A stretch of 64,000 bases of DNA from Syncephalis fuscata S228. Taxonomy: Eukaryota > Fungi > Zoopagomycota. The stretch spans positions 310,001 through 374,000 of the forward strand of contig JAHLTZ010000003.1 in NCBI GenBank assembly GCA_025786725.1. The letters are read 5' to 3'. Below the pieces are notes generated by a model. The model saw nothing but the letters and a program-made list of their open reading frames with translations. It did no database searches and was not told the origin of the DNA. Below, piece after piece: positions 28,212 to 41,498 of the stretch. A program made the position numbers and the translations under genes. Numbering within the stretch: the first letter of the stretch is position 1; each line of letters starts with the position of its first letter.

Positions 28212-31200
28212 ATGGGCAACCCAATCATGGACGACCAACAATACTTGTCATCTTTCGAAGAGCTGTTGGGTCAGCTTGTACAAAGTAGCACTGATACTGC
28301 TCGTATTCAAACGGTATGTATTAATAAGCGGATGTTATCATTGTATTAGTCTAATTACTGATAAATATTTATCTTTTTATAAATAGGCATCGACCACTTT
28401 GAATGCTCAGTATTATGATCAAGCTCGCTGTGTTCCAGCTCTAGTAGAGTTGGTAAACCGATCTGAGCACTGGCAGGTACGTTAATTAATGTAATATTTA
28501 ATAAATGATTAAATAACTAATATACTATATTTATCATCTATTATATAGATCCGCCAATTGGCTGCTGTAGAATTGCGTAAACGTAATGCTCGCTGGTGGA
28601 AGGAACTAGATGCCAATACCAAGACAACTATTCGTTCATGTTTGCTCGAATGTGTTATGAAAGAGCCAGAGTAAGTTATTTATTGCTATTAACACTTTTA
28701 AACGATATACTAATAATAACCATTTGTTTATTATTGCTACTATTATGATAGAGTACTTGTACGTAATGCTATTGCCCGTGCCATCTCATCGGTGGCTCAA
28801 GAAGAAGGCATTAAGGATAGCTGGCCAGATCTTCAACCTTTCTTGGAACAGTGCATTGCTGATGGTAATGCTGGCCAGCGTGAAGTTGGCATTTACGTGC
28901 TCTACAGTCTTTTGGACGTCATTGTTGACTATTCGCCAGAACAATTAAACCGATTGATTGGCCTATTCAGTCGTACTCTAATGGATCCAGAAAGCAAGGA
29001 AGTGCGTATTACAACACTACAGGCACTTAGCACATTGGCCGATAGCATTGAAGGCGAAGAAAAGGCTCAAGTCCGTCTATTACAAGATCAAGTGCCAAAT
29101 ATGATTGCTGTTCTTCAGCAATGCATTACTGAAGGCGATGAAAGCAGCTTGGCTAAAGGTTTTGATGCACTCGACAGCATGATGTTGCTAGAGACACCAA
29201 TTCTATCACGTCATATTCCTCAGCTTATTGAGTTCTCGTTCAATGTTGGCTCAAACAAAGGACTTGATGACTCGGCCCGTGTTATGGCTCTTTCCTTCTT
29301 GTTAATGACTTCAATTTACAAGAAGACTCGTTTGCAAAAAGCCAAGCTTGTCACGCCAATGATCCAGCATTTGATGCCAATTGCTACTGAAGACGATCCA
29401 GAAGATGTTGACGATGACTCACCATCCCGTGTTGCTCTGCGTGTTATCCAGTCGTTGTCGTCAAGCTTGCCACCTACTCAAGTCTTCCCAACGCTGCTCC
29501 AGCTCATTCTTGAGTATATGACAAATCCAGCGCCCGGCTACCGCAAGGCTGCTATGATGGCATTTGCTGCCTCCGTCGAAGGATGTGCCGACTTTATGCG
29601 CAGCAAGATCAACGAATTAATGCAACTTGTATTTGCCGGTCTACAAGATCCAGATGCTACTGTACGTCGTGCTGCTTGTCTTGCACTCAGTTGCGTAGCC
29701 GACGAAATTGAAGAGGCTGTTACGAACAATCACGCCGTTCTATTGCCACTTCTATTCAACTTGATTGGTGAATCCAATCCAGAAATTACCAAGTATGCAT
29801 GCAGTGCACTCGGGCTCTTTTGGACAACTTGGGTGATGAAATTCTCCAGTATATGCCAACTCTTATGGAGAAGCTAGTTATTCTTATGGAGAACACTCAA
29901 GGTGAAATGCGTTGCACTGTAGTCAATGCTGTAGGCAGTGCTGCACAAACATCCGGCCCAGCATTTGCTCCATACTTCCATGAAGTTATGGTCCGTCTTC
30001 AGCCAATGATGGCCTATCAAGGTACTGAAGATGACGATGTTGTGTTGCGTGGTGTTGCTACCGACACGGCTGGTGCCATTGCCACTGCTGTTGGCAAAGA
30101 AGCATTCATGCCGTATTTGGAGCCTACTATGCTATTGGCTGTTGAAGCACTACAATTGCAAGGTCCACGTCTACGTGAAACTAGCTACTCTTTCTTCACT
30201 TTGATGGCTGGTGTATTCGGTGAATCCATGGCACCATTCTTGCCTACTATTGTACCACAGCTATTGCACACTTGTAAACAAGACGAAACCAATGGTGTTG
30301 AGCTTGTTAACGAAGCAGAAGAGATTGATCTTGGCGAAGAGGGACTCGAAGATGATGATGAAGAGGAAGAGGCCTTCCGTCTTAACACAGCTCTTGGAGA
30401 TGAAAAGGAAATTGCCGCCGATGCTATTGGCGAGTTGGTTGAAGCTACTCGTGGCCATTTTATGCCATACGCTTCAGACTGTGTTAATTCTTTGATTAAG
30501 ATGCTTGACCATTACTCCGATGGTGTACGCAAGTCATCCATTGCTTCATTGCTTAAGTTCGTGTATACATTTAGCGATATGGCTACACCTGAAGGTACAC
30601 AATGGATTGCTGGTCTGCCATTGCAACAACCAGTCCACGAGAACGTTGCTTCAATCATTCAATTGGTTATGCCAGCATTGCTTCAAGCCTGGAAGGAAGA
30701 AGATGACAAGATGGTCGCTATTGTCATTCAGCAAGAGTTGGCTGATGCTATTAAACGCGTTGGCCCATCTATGATTGCCGACTATGTCAAAGAAGTTAAC
30801 ACTGCCGTTCTTGAAGTACTTGAAGGCAAATCTTACTGCCAAACAGCTGAACTGGACGATGAAGACGAGGACTTTGGTGGTGATGACGAAAATAACGGTG
30901 ATCAGTCAGAGCACGATGCTTTGTTGATCAGCTCAAGCACAGATATGATTGGAGCCTTGTCAGTAGCATTGGGTGCCAGCTTTGTCGACTATTTCCGCGT
31001 CTACTTGCCACACTTGCTTAGTTATTACGCGCCAAACAAGTCAACCTCGGAACGTTCCATGACCATCGGCTGCATTGGCGAGACGACCAGCGGACTTAAG
31101 GAAGGTGTTTCCGAGTTTACTGAAACGATCTACGCTGTTGTTAGCAAGGCATTGGTTGATCCAGAGGAAGAAGTACGCAGCAATGCGGCTTTTGCCATTG

Positions 31201-31595
31201 GTACACTTTGCCAATACAGCACAGTCGATGTCAGCTCGCAGTACCCAGCGATCCTTGCTGCACTTAGCCCACTATTCCAATGCAAATTGCCTAATGCCGT
31301 TGATAATGCCTGCGGTGCCATTGCTCGTCTAATTATTGCCCATCCTAATGCCATCCAGCTTGAAGAAGTATTGCCTGTACTTGTGCAACACTTGCCACTA
31401 CGTACTGACTATGCCGAAAACGAGCCTGTCTACCGTTGTCTAATTCAGCTAATTCGTTCGAGCCACCCGGCCATTGCTTCACATCTACCGGCCCTCCGTG
31501 GCGTCTTCGCCCAAGTATTGTCGTCACCTGAAGATCAATTAACTTCAGCTGTACGTAGTGAGTTGCTTGAAGTGGTCCAACAACTCGGTGCATAG
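28212..31595 (+). CDS. KAP123: Importin-4 / Kap123 karyopherin-beta
   Basis: IBN_N (QIRQLAAVELRK), HEAT repeats, EKEIAADAIGE, VRSNAAFAIG, DNACGAIARLI, LPLRTDYAENEPVY. Apparent frameshift near 29810. Confidence 0.93.
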
Positions 31596-32749
31596 ATAAA
31601 ACGTAGCTGCTAAACTATGCTTTACGCGTACAAGTGTAGGATCGCGCGTTGTTTATGAGTACGTGTACGTGTGTTTGTGTGTCTATTGCCATATAAATTA
31701 AAATTTTGACTGGCCTTTAAATTATATAGGATAATATATCATTTTATTTTATACTAATTACAGTGTGGTTTGGTGTTAAATGGCACTATCAAATAACATT
31801 TGCATAATTGAACTAGACAATTGTTCTATTGAACATAGAACTGGGTGGTGAGTGACACTAAAATCTGAAATGTCTATCATCATAGCTTTATTATCCAGTA
31901 TGCATATATCCCTTTCATACTGTATGATCGTATTGCTAAATATCATTCTACAATATGCCGAATACATTTTATTGTTTATATGTTCCAGTATACTTTGTTC
32001 ATTCCGCTCATTGCGCTATATGTACTATAGCTTCAAGATTACTATCCATGTCTTTCTCATTGCTATTCATTTCATTCTATACTGTTGCGTTTTATTAAAT
32101 ACACAGAGCCATTTCCCTTTGAGTCCTTAAATTCAAACTAGACAAAAAGATCCATAGCTTAAATAATAAACCGTCAATCAGTTTTTACTACTGAGAAGTG
32201 TTATTTGTTAAAGCAGTATCATATCAACTCTGATTGAATTAGTCAGTTTTAATTAATTTGCACTATTTTCAATATCAAAATAGATATTAAATAGCATTTT
32301 CATGTCACTTGCAATAAAGTATAATAAACAAATACATGTTAATCCATATTATTGTTGCAGTAAAGTATTAAAGTATTATAGTTTGATTATTTAATGTCAC
32401 TTACCATCTAGCTCCATGTTTAGCAGAATAACAAATGTGTAGTTCAATCAGGCAAAGGATGTCAGCTTTGATCTTTTGTACTGAATTATATGAGTTTACT
32501 AATGAATTATTTATGATTAGTAAACTATTTTACTTTGGCTCTTAAATTTTATTTACTCATTTCACTTTTTTTTCTTAATGCTTTTAAATACAATCAACCA
32601 CTTATTCATACCTATAACATGTATAATATTGGGTCCAACATTAATTAATTCATGTGTAATTATCAGTACAGTAATGTAATGTAATTAGTTATATTTATTA
32701 TTGCTTTAATAGATATATATATATTGTCATTTATTTAGTCAGATTGGCT

Positions 32750-33020
32750 ATAGGACAAGTGGCTGTCTAATAAACAACATTTGTAACAACTATATTAATA
32801 CTGATCTTACATCACAATATGCCCAGAATGCTATAATAAAATAGTAGAAAATAAAAGAGATCATTTAGATGCAATAATTTATGCTGTATGTAGATGCAAC
32901 AATAACAACTGCAAAACAATATGGAATTGCAATCATATGGCTTCTATTAATATTTGATCAGTCTTTCTACGTATAGCCAACACAATAACAATCAGGCTCA
33001 GATGTTTCAAAGAAAGCAAT
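32750..33020 (+). mobile_element. Degenerate Fanzor/TnpB C-terminal relic (Zn ribbon + RuvC-III)
   Basis: LTSQ/CPECYNK...IYAVCRCNNNNCKTIWNCNHMASINI*SVF matches the TSxxCxxC...C.N..C..WNRD..A..NI signature. Confidence 0.75.
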
Positions 33021-33082
33021 AGTATGTTACATTATTTATTAAATCAATTTATTAACAATATTTTAATAGAAAGTAATATAAC

Positions 33083-33160
33083 TATGTTGTGCATAACAAC
33101 ATAACTTTGATTGAAATGAATTGTGCTTTGGGACAGATGTGGGAGTCAAAGTACAATTCA
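33083..33160 (+). ncRNA. Two hairpins just 3' of the Fanzor relic, candidate omegaRNA scaffold remnant
   Basis: TATGTTGT/ACAACATA (33083-33103) and TGAATTGTGCTTTG/CAAAGTACAATTCA (33117-33160, one G-U pair). Confidence 0.35.
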
Positions 33161-33650
33161 GCTAAATACACTTTATTAAATGATAGGTAATCATACGTGT
33201 ACTTGTATTAAGTGTATACTATTTGTGTTTTTAAATATGAATATATTATATAGTTTTCAATGCCTAATAAATAATTGCTTGTTAGTTCAACTTACAATAT
33301 TGCAATGGGATTGTAATGAATTTATAAAATAAATTAAAAAAATAAGACGTAATATGCGTAGGAAAAAAGAATAGACTAGCCATTAACAATTAAAAGATTG
33401 GCATGCTTTTATGTAATCATAGTACTTTTAAAATGTATTAAATATATGACAGTGCCAGCTTTGATAATACTTATGACATGTTTACAAATGTGTACATTTA
33501 AATATATTGTTAAAATGTATTGTTACAATGTTGATAGTCATAATTGTAGTTTGAATGGCAATATTGTTACAGTTTCGCCAATATACTTGACACTTAATAG
33601 AGAATATCTGTACAAATTTGTTATTAATATGTTTATTTAGATAGCGTTTA

Positions 33651-35330
33651 TAGCTGTTGAATGCAAACGCAAATAAACAAAACTATGGAAATGCTTAAAT
33701 ATAATTAAAATGAAATATGTATTTATTACCAGTTTGCACAGTTGAATAGGCACAACTCAGACTTGTTGACAATAAATGATGCTATTGATTAATAGTTGAA
33801 TAAAACGAGAGCATTGCTGTAACTTGGTATGTAAGTGAATGAAATCGTCATTGAATGGTCTTGATTTTGCCAAAGATATCCTAATATATTGCTCTGCAGC
33901 TCCATTTACACCACCAATGCTAATCTATTGAATATACCGGCTAAACTGTATCAATAGTATATGTAGAATGTGCCATATAAGCAGCATATAAATTAATCTA
34001 TACGATGTCACTTACATTCTATTAATACAAGTTATCAAGTGCACACATTGAATGACATGTAACAAATATAAAATTGGTTAATATAGCATACTACTTACCA
34101 ACTATCAATATGTTATTAAATATACACAACGCATATTGTTTAATTAGCATATAGCTATTTAATATAAAATGCCATTACCAACTATTGATATTAGATTGTT
34201 AAACACACACAGCGCATAGCATGTAATAGTTATATTTACTTGATAAAAACATCACTTGCCAACTATTAGTATTATTATTGGATATGCATAATACATAAAA
34301 TATAATTGGTATGTAACCAAACAATATACAATTCCACTTACTGCAGCTGTTATGTGTTATAATGGCCATCATGTGTATAATAGTGTCATAAGTGTTGGAA
34401 TAATGATCAATAATCACGACTTATGTTCTAATGATGCATTAGGTAAACATAGTGTTAATAAGTATACTAATTTACATATTTATTGTAATTGCAACATACC
34501 GCGACGAGCTAGAACTGGCTTAGCATCCACCACGATCATAGTGGCCACAAGAGCCACGACAATGGCACCGACGACGGCAATAGAAAGCTTTATAGTAATA
34601 CTGGATTGTTAAAAGAAACAAGTAGAATGGAAGATGGTTTGTGTTTATTATAAATAATCCGATACATAGGCGGTAGAAATCTACATACAAGTCTATACAG
34701 CACCATTACACAGCTCAACTACACGTCGCAAACTAGATCTATTGGCTTTAAAAAAACAGCGACAATGCGCCATTATGCTTCTATTGTCACTTTTACCGGC
34801 AAAATCAATTTCCATACTTGCATGCATTCCAAACAGTCCATAACATCAATGCAACAGTAACATTGATACGCTGTGATATTGTTTGTTGCAGGACTATCAC
34901 TATGCATAGACTAGTCGTACTGTCTAGAACTATGAGGATATACCGATTGACGTGTACTTGTTCAAATTAACATTACAACTTGACTACAGGAATAAACAGC
35001 TCATTTTAGCACTATAATATCAACTATCAATACAAAATGTTTTTAACAAACAGTTTCTAGCATTGGCTATTGGATGTTGGATAGCAGCATTTATAATAAA
35101 GCATCAAGTTTAGCATTGATATTATTAATTGTTTGGTCATTAGGCAATGTAAAGACGCTAAACTGCACCATCAAACTGTCTATTACATATAGTTAGTTCT
35201 GAGTGTACAGCAATAATACGCGGCCTATTAATCAGTGGTAATCTTAATGCACATATGAGTTATTTAGCCAATAAACAAATAAAATACTATGGTATAATAG
35301 AAATACTAACAGTGAAATAATAATAAATAA
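33651..35330. repeat. Dispersed repeat copy 2 (~1.7 kb) carrying the micro-exon peptide gene
   Basis: Matches 62060-63759 over its full length, with many single-base deletions in its left half. Confidence 0.96.
33941..34593 (-). pseudogene. Micro-exon secreted-peptide gene copy 2; ATG>ATA, several 1-nt deletions
   Basis: Exon 1 reads (I)KLSIAVVGAIVVALVATMIVVDAKPVLARR. The 6-nt exon appears as CTGCA and one donor lacks a base; these may be sequencing errors. Confidence 0.65.
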
Positions 35331-35595
35331 AGGTTATTCTATTATAAAAATGAACCATTTTATAAAATTATAATGTGTTTTTTAGTTGTTTAAACATAAA
35401 AATAAAATACAACATATTAACAGTAGAATCCCAGTAGTACTAGTCATAGCAGGTGTAACCACCAGCATTATACAGTATAATAACTAGTTAATTGTCATAC
35501 TTGCGTATCATTACAATATAATCAAGTCCTTGTCTATTCTTTTCTTTTTCTTTATCGTTATTGTTGTAAATCTTCAATAGTAAACATTCAGTACA

Positions 35596-36722
35596 ATGAC
35601 TGTCGAGACAACATCAAACGTTGAAATGACGTTTCAGCCAAAGAGTAACATTAGCATAGATACTATTGCACGACTTTTGCGTGCAACCGTATTCAGTAGC
35701 TGGTTTGGTCTAGCGCTTGCATTAGCGGCAAATACTTGTAGCGTTTCCATAAATCAAGTATGGGCCCGCCGTTTAGTATATTACTCGGTATTTCGTGCTG
35801 TTCTCGCAGTAAGACGGCGTTTGATTCGGCGACGTCTTTTATCTTTTGATTGGTCACACAAATAGTAGTCGTAACGGGTGGTAAGCTTGTTAAGTATTTG
35901 ATAATTTAGCACTACTCACTAATATCAATTAAGGCTGCGGTGGTGTTGGCAACGTGCTTACAAAAGAATTAGCAAATTTGGGTGCAAAAGTAGCTGTGAT
36001 AGATATTCGGGTTATGCCAAATGATCAGCAGAATGTTATGGTCTATGAGTGTGATATTACAAATCGAGAACAATTAAGTGTGACCGCACAACAGATTCGT
36101 GAGCAGATGGGGAATCCAACGGTGTTAATCAATAATGCTGGATGGGTTTCTAAAGGCAGTATTTTAAATGTATCTCCAGAAAATATCGAGAAAACATTTC
36201 AAGTTAACAACTTGGCCCATTTCTGGACCGTTCGCGAGTTTCTACCGGCAATGCAAGGCCGCAAACAGGGTCATATTGTAACAATTGCTTCGATTGCAGG
36301 CTGGTCAGGTTTAGGTGGTTTAACAAGCTATGCTGCTAGTAAAGGAGCAGCAGTGATGTTTCACGATTCACTACAACATGAATTGCATATGCTTAACTCG
36401 GGCGTTCATACGACTATGGTATGCCCAGGACATATTGCGACGAATATGTTTGCCGATTTTGGACACTGCGGCCAGTTTGTAATGCCTATACTTTCTCCCA
36501 CGCAAGTAGTAAAGCCGATCATTGAGGCAATTGCAATGCAAAAAGATAATGATGTTTATCTACCCTTATGTAGCAATATTTTACCTTATGTATGGCTGCT
36601 CTCACCAGCTGGTCGCAGGTTATTTAAATTTGTAAGTCAGTTAAAAACATGAATAGCAAAATGTAACATTCTTTTAGATTTGCAACTACAGAGAACTTAT
36701 CATTAACTATTTAAAAAAATAA
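35596..36722 (+). CDS. Short-chain dehydrogenase/reductase (17beta-HSD11/retinol dehydrogenase-like)
   Basis: VVVTGG/CGGVG, LINNAG, YAASK catalytic motif, N-terminal hydrophobic anchor. Apparent frameshift near 35862. Confidence 0.92.
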
Positions 36723-36898
36723 TTGGCTTATATGTTGCTATAACAAGAACGTTTGAATAAAGCGATTTAGTTGTCTTAGTGATTTTTATTATCTTTACAA
36801 TCTGTTCATTAATAATGTTAAGAATTATTACAATAATTTTACTATAAATTGTTAAACAATAATTTTATTGCTTTGCAAGCATTGTAAAGATATTTAAA

Positions 36899-38267
36899 CT
36901 ATACGGCTACTTGTTTTGGTTTCGAAAACTTGTTATGCATCCATTTGCCCATGTTTGCAATGGTCTCATAGGCGGTAGCAACTTGTGCAAAACATTAGAA
37001 GGAATTGTGCAGTCAGTGTTTTTTACGGCAAATAGTGGCTCGATAGTTTGTATAAGAGGGAATATTTGTTTGACGGCGCGACATTGGCAACCGTTGGATA
37101 TTGCGGTGTTTGGTTCATATTTTTGAATTTCTCACTAGGATTTTGTTTTGGATTGTTCAAAATAGCTGAGGATCGTGTTGACGATGGATCTAGTACGCCT
37201 TGAACATGTATCTGTAGATAACGGTAAGCTTCCATTTTTGATTCTGGCCTAACCGGTGGATAAGCTCCAGTGATCGCATAGTATACCATTATACTAAGCA
37301 TTACATTTTGATTGTAGCACTTTTCAATAGATATTTTGCTATCCAATTCTTTTAACGTAGAAAGCTTTCCAGTTCTAAGCACATTCTTATTTTGCCCATC
37401 CAACATGCTTGCATCCGTATAATCATAAACCTTGACGCGTACGTGGTCTGCGGTTATTTGCTCAACCATAATAGCTACAGATCAATGTTAGAATGCAATT
37501 TTTGAATATGAATATACATACTGTTTTCAGTAATGCCGGCATGCATAATGTTAAGGCTGCGCCAGTACATAATTGCTACATATAAAGATTAGCTAACATG
37601 TAGGTGCTAGTGCAATAGATTTTGCTCACCTTGGGTCACTTTATAAAATATATCTGGTAGAAATACTGCCTTTTCCTCCCAGGTCTTTTTAGCTATAAAT
37701 TGTCCAAGCGGAACTCCTTGAACATCTTCGTGGATGTAACAATTGGCGACACGATTATAAGCTCCACTCGAGTTTTCAATGGTAAAACTTGACAATGGGC
37801 GCTGGATGTACTTTCTGCCAGGTGCTTGATTGTCAGAAAACATTTTCTCGCCCTTTTGCAATGCCTACATCATAATAAATAAGTAAATGCAACTACAATA
37901 TTTCTTGTTCATACAGTAAAAACCTGGTATTCTGTCGTGATTTTATTATATTCTCCCCATTTACATGTGAGAACACCGTTTTGATTGTTCCATTTAACTT
38001 TGGCAAAAGCTGCTGATTTTGATAAACCGATCCATTTTAAATGTGTTATGTTGTACTGAGCTTGGTTACGGGTATTGTTCAAGTGTCGTACGCCAGCATC
38101 GTAATCGTGACAATATCTATCAAATAATATATAAATTAGTATTACTTAAATATTATATATGTTTTATACCTTGGTATCTGGTAAGGAACATATGCCATTG
38201 CCGTTTGAATTAGTGCCACCAGGGTACCAATCATCACAATTGTAAAAAAGTTATAAAATCTCGTCAT
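36899..38267 (-). CDS. Secreted pseudokinase, copy B (small indels near the 3' end)
   Basis: Same signal peptide and exon structure as 15409-16785, with locally divergent exons. Confidence 0.75.
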
Positions 38268-38936
38268 AATAAAAATGAATTTCTATAATGAGGATTCTAT
38301 TCTAGATAGCAAATGAGGTAGTCGTTAAGTTTGCGTCAAGCAAGTGAAGTAACGGAGGATTGAAGGATACGGTATAGTACAAATCGAGCTAATCATGACA
38401 ATATTTATACATTACGACGGAGAGATGAAATACCATGTTTATTACACGTTTCTACGAAAGGAAGCGCTAGTGGGCACAAAAGCATATGAAAATAATCGTC
38501 AAGAGACGTTAAGCCAATCAACATGCTTTGTCAATGCTAAAAATACAACAATCAACATGTTTGCATCAATGGCAGCATTGGAATTACCGGATTGCTGTTT
38601 CAGTTGCAAAAATATGTATGAGAAATACACTTTGCTTGTCAAAAGGAACTTCTAATGGATTGACCATAGCTGATACATAGTAAAACGCACAGTGATCTGG
38701 CACGTTGATCACGTTTTAAACCAAGTCAGTAACGAGACAGTTACATGGTGTTTTAAAACAAAAACATGGCGTTTTATTTTTTACAAGACTTATATGGAAG
38801 TGTGTGGAGTGGCTGTTTACCATTAAAGATGCCAAATAGGTATACTAGCAAGTATTTTAGTATTTATTCAATGATAGACAGCATATCAAAGTTATAAGCA
38901 GCTATGAGTATAATGATGGCAATGCGATACATACAC

Positions 38937-40261
38937 TTAGCGCTGGTCGCCCATGTACTCTGTCAATGCCGCCATTTGGGGAGTAAATGCGGGTGTTTTG
39001 CCAGATGCATTTCCACCATGAGAGTCTGTCGCACCTGCCTGGACATCGGGACCTGGAACTGGCATAAAGATAACCTTAGTCTGGCCGCTCTTTGACATCT
39101 GTGCCATGGTATCGAGATAGCGGATCTGCATGGCTGCCGGGGTATTAAGAATCTCCGATGCTTCACGCATTAGTTTAGCCGAGTCGACTAGATATGATGG
39201 AACACGAGTCAAGTGTATTAGCCATTGTTTTATCGCAATATCGAGCCAATAGGCCACTGTGTGCTACTAGTTTGCCAAACTTACCTTCAGCCTTGGCAGC
39301 AATGACTTTTGATTCACCAATACGTTTCTGCGTGGCAGCACTAGATAGGGACTGCTGGAGTTCTTGGCTGAATTGCAAGTCTTTGATTAGTGTATTCTCC
39401 ACGCGAATACCCCACGAGGCAGCCGGTTCTTCAAGCATAGCGCCTAATGACTGTCCAATACTTTCACGATTCTCAATGCAATCTTGCAATGAGCGCCCAC
39501 CAAGAATTGCGCGGAGACTTGTTTGAGCACGTTCCAAAAGAGCCTTCTCGAGTTGTGTGACGCCGTACGTGGCAAGGTACACATCTACAACGTGCCAATA
39601 AACAACACAGTCAATTGTGATATTAACATTGTCCTAATAACAATAAATTGATTTGATAACATGGTTAGCAAGTTGTGCAGCATTGTTATGTTAGCAATTA
39701 AACACCCACTTTAGTCATAATTGATATATCTTGAATTGAAGTGATTTGCATCTTAATATCGACCCGTCGTATCTTTTCACTGACAGGATTTACATTGACA
39801 AGACCGGGGTTGACTGTCTTGTAATATTTACCAAACCGTTCGATCAAACCAACCGATCCTAAAACATTTATATTAGCACTAAAATAAATGTGGACTACAA
39901 ACAACTTACCTTGATGTACCTCCTTATATGGATTTGGACAACATAAGCAGCATGGAATCTAGATGAAGAATAAATATATCAATAAACATTAGGCATCGTT
40001 TTATTATTACTTACTGCTCCAAATGCACCAATAATCGAGCCAATAGCGTTCATAATGTGCGCTATAATCAATAACAGCCATTATTTAGTAATTATTGGAC
40101 TTGGCTTTTCACGGTTCACTTACCATAGCCTCCCTGTTCTCCAAGAGGAATTTCATGCGCAAATGACACTTGCATGTTCCTTGAGCTCCTGGCTGTGCGG
40201 CTATAACACGCTGTGGCTTAGGAGAGCTAGAGCTAGCAATGTCTTGCGAGTATTGATCCAT
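38937..40261 (-). CDS. Stomatin/SPFH protein, copy B
   Basis: Nearly identical to 13412-14737. One 1-nt deletion near 40177. Confidence 0.92.
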
Positions 40262-41498
40262 ATTGTAGGTTATTGCTGTTAAGTAGATAGCTAACAAAGT
40301 GTTTTGTTTAACGAAAACAAGAGTAATTGCTGTTAATAAGAATGTGGGATAAAACGCTGTTAACAAAGATATGAAGTGTTGCAGTCAAATGCTTTTATAT
40401 TAAAAGTTTCAAGTGATAACAGTGTTTATGATGCCAAGAAATAAATGTACTATAGGCCAACTTATACTGGCAGGAAAGTAAAAGACTAGAAAATTCAAAG
40501 GCTACCAACTAACAGGAAAGCAGCATAAAAAAAGGGCAAATAGAATATTCCAATTGCCTTTTTAAGTATTTAATAATGATGATAATTCACTCAAATAAGG
40601 AAATCATTTATTTTTAGTATTATAAACAGCAACGCCAGTGAGCGTTTATTTAATCAATATTATTGGTTTGTTAAAAAGCAAGGCCTGAAGGTTTATAAAT
40701 AAGTAGATAAATAGATAACTATTTGAACAGAAAATTGTAAATTAAATATTAACTCAATTTTATAGATCACTAGTGTTAAATACTATAATACAGCTAGTCT
40801 ATATTAGATTATTATATCCAAAAACTACTAATCAAATGGTTTCAATATTATAATATATTTCTAATTTTTATTCAGGCCACTTTAATAATATTACTATATT
40901 AAATATTTAATCAACTACATATTAAACATTAGTATATAGCGCATCACCTATGGCTAATGCATAGTAGGTGTGCTATAAAATATAAAATATAAATGGCAAG
41001 TAAATATATGGTTTATATTTATACAACAAACGGTTTAATTATATAGTAGATAGTAATTGTAAAAGTATTTATTCTTGCACTTTTATCTAAAAATACAAAT
41101 AATGCATATATTTTTCTGTTCATATTGTAATTTAATAGTTTTTACGCACTTTTATTTAATACTTTATTAAAATATTCAATTAACTATACAGTTATTATTT
41201 GTTTATATTTATATAATTTACTATTTATCAAATAGTTTTTAAAGTATTTGAGTTGCAATACATTCGTTTATATGTTGTAAACAATCTAATATCATAACTC
41301 ATATCCTGTTTATAATTTTACTTGCTAATTCAATTAAAACTGTAACAATATCATTAAAACAGCAATGGCCAATAAACGCTTGTTTAGATGATGTGGTGCA
41401 GATTATACGTACGTGGCCTAAAAAGTCGCGATTTCGCTTATTTATTTCTCTTCACTCTTTTCTTTCTTTATACCAATCTTTGTAGTCCACAACAAACC

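Larger units (their letters stand above)
36849..40625. repeat. Right arm of the inverted segmental duplication
   Basis: Reverse complement of 13063-16835. Confidence 0.95.

Noticed and set aside
31776-32130. Short ORFs downstream of KAP123
   Set aside because: No recognisable motif. Possibly a decayed gene, but not supportable.
32300-32412. Isolated tag-ATG-gtaagt on the minus strand as a further micro-exon gene
   Set aside because: Only one complete unit. The neighbouring gcaagt lacks an acceptor and no signal-peptide exon is visible.
41420-41440. CGCG-containing E2F/MCB-like sites upstream of MAD3 and NEDD1
   Set aside because: Too short and degenerate to support without cross-species conservation.
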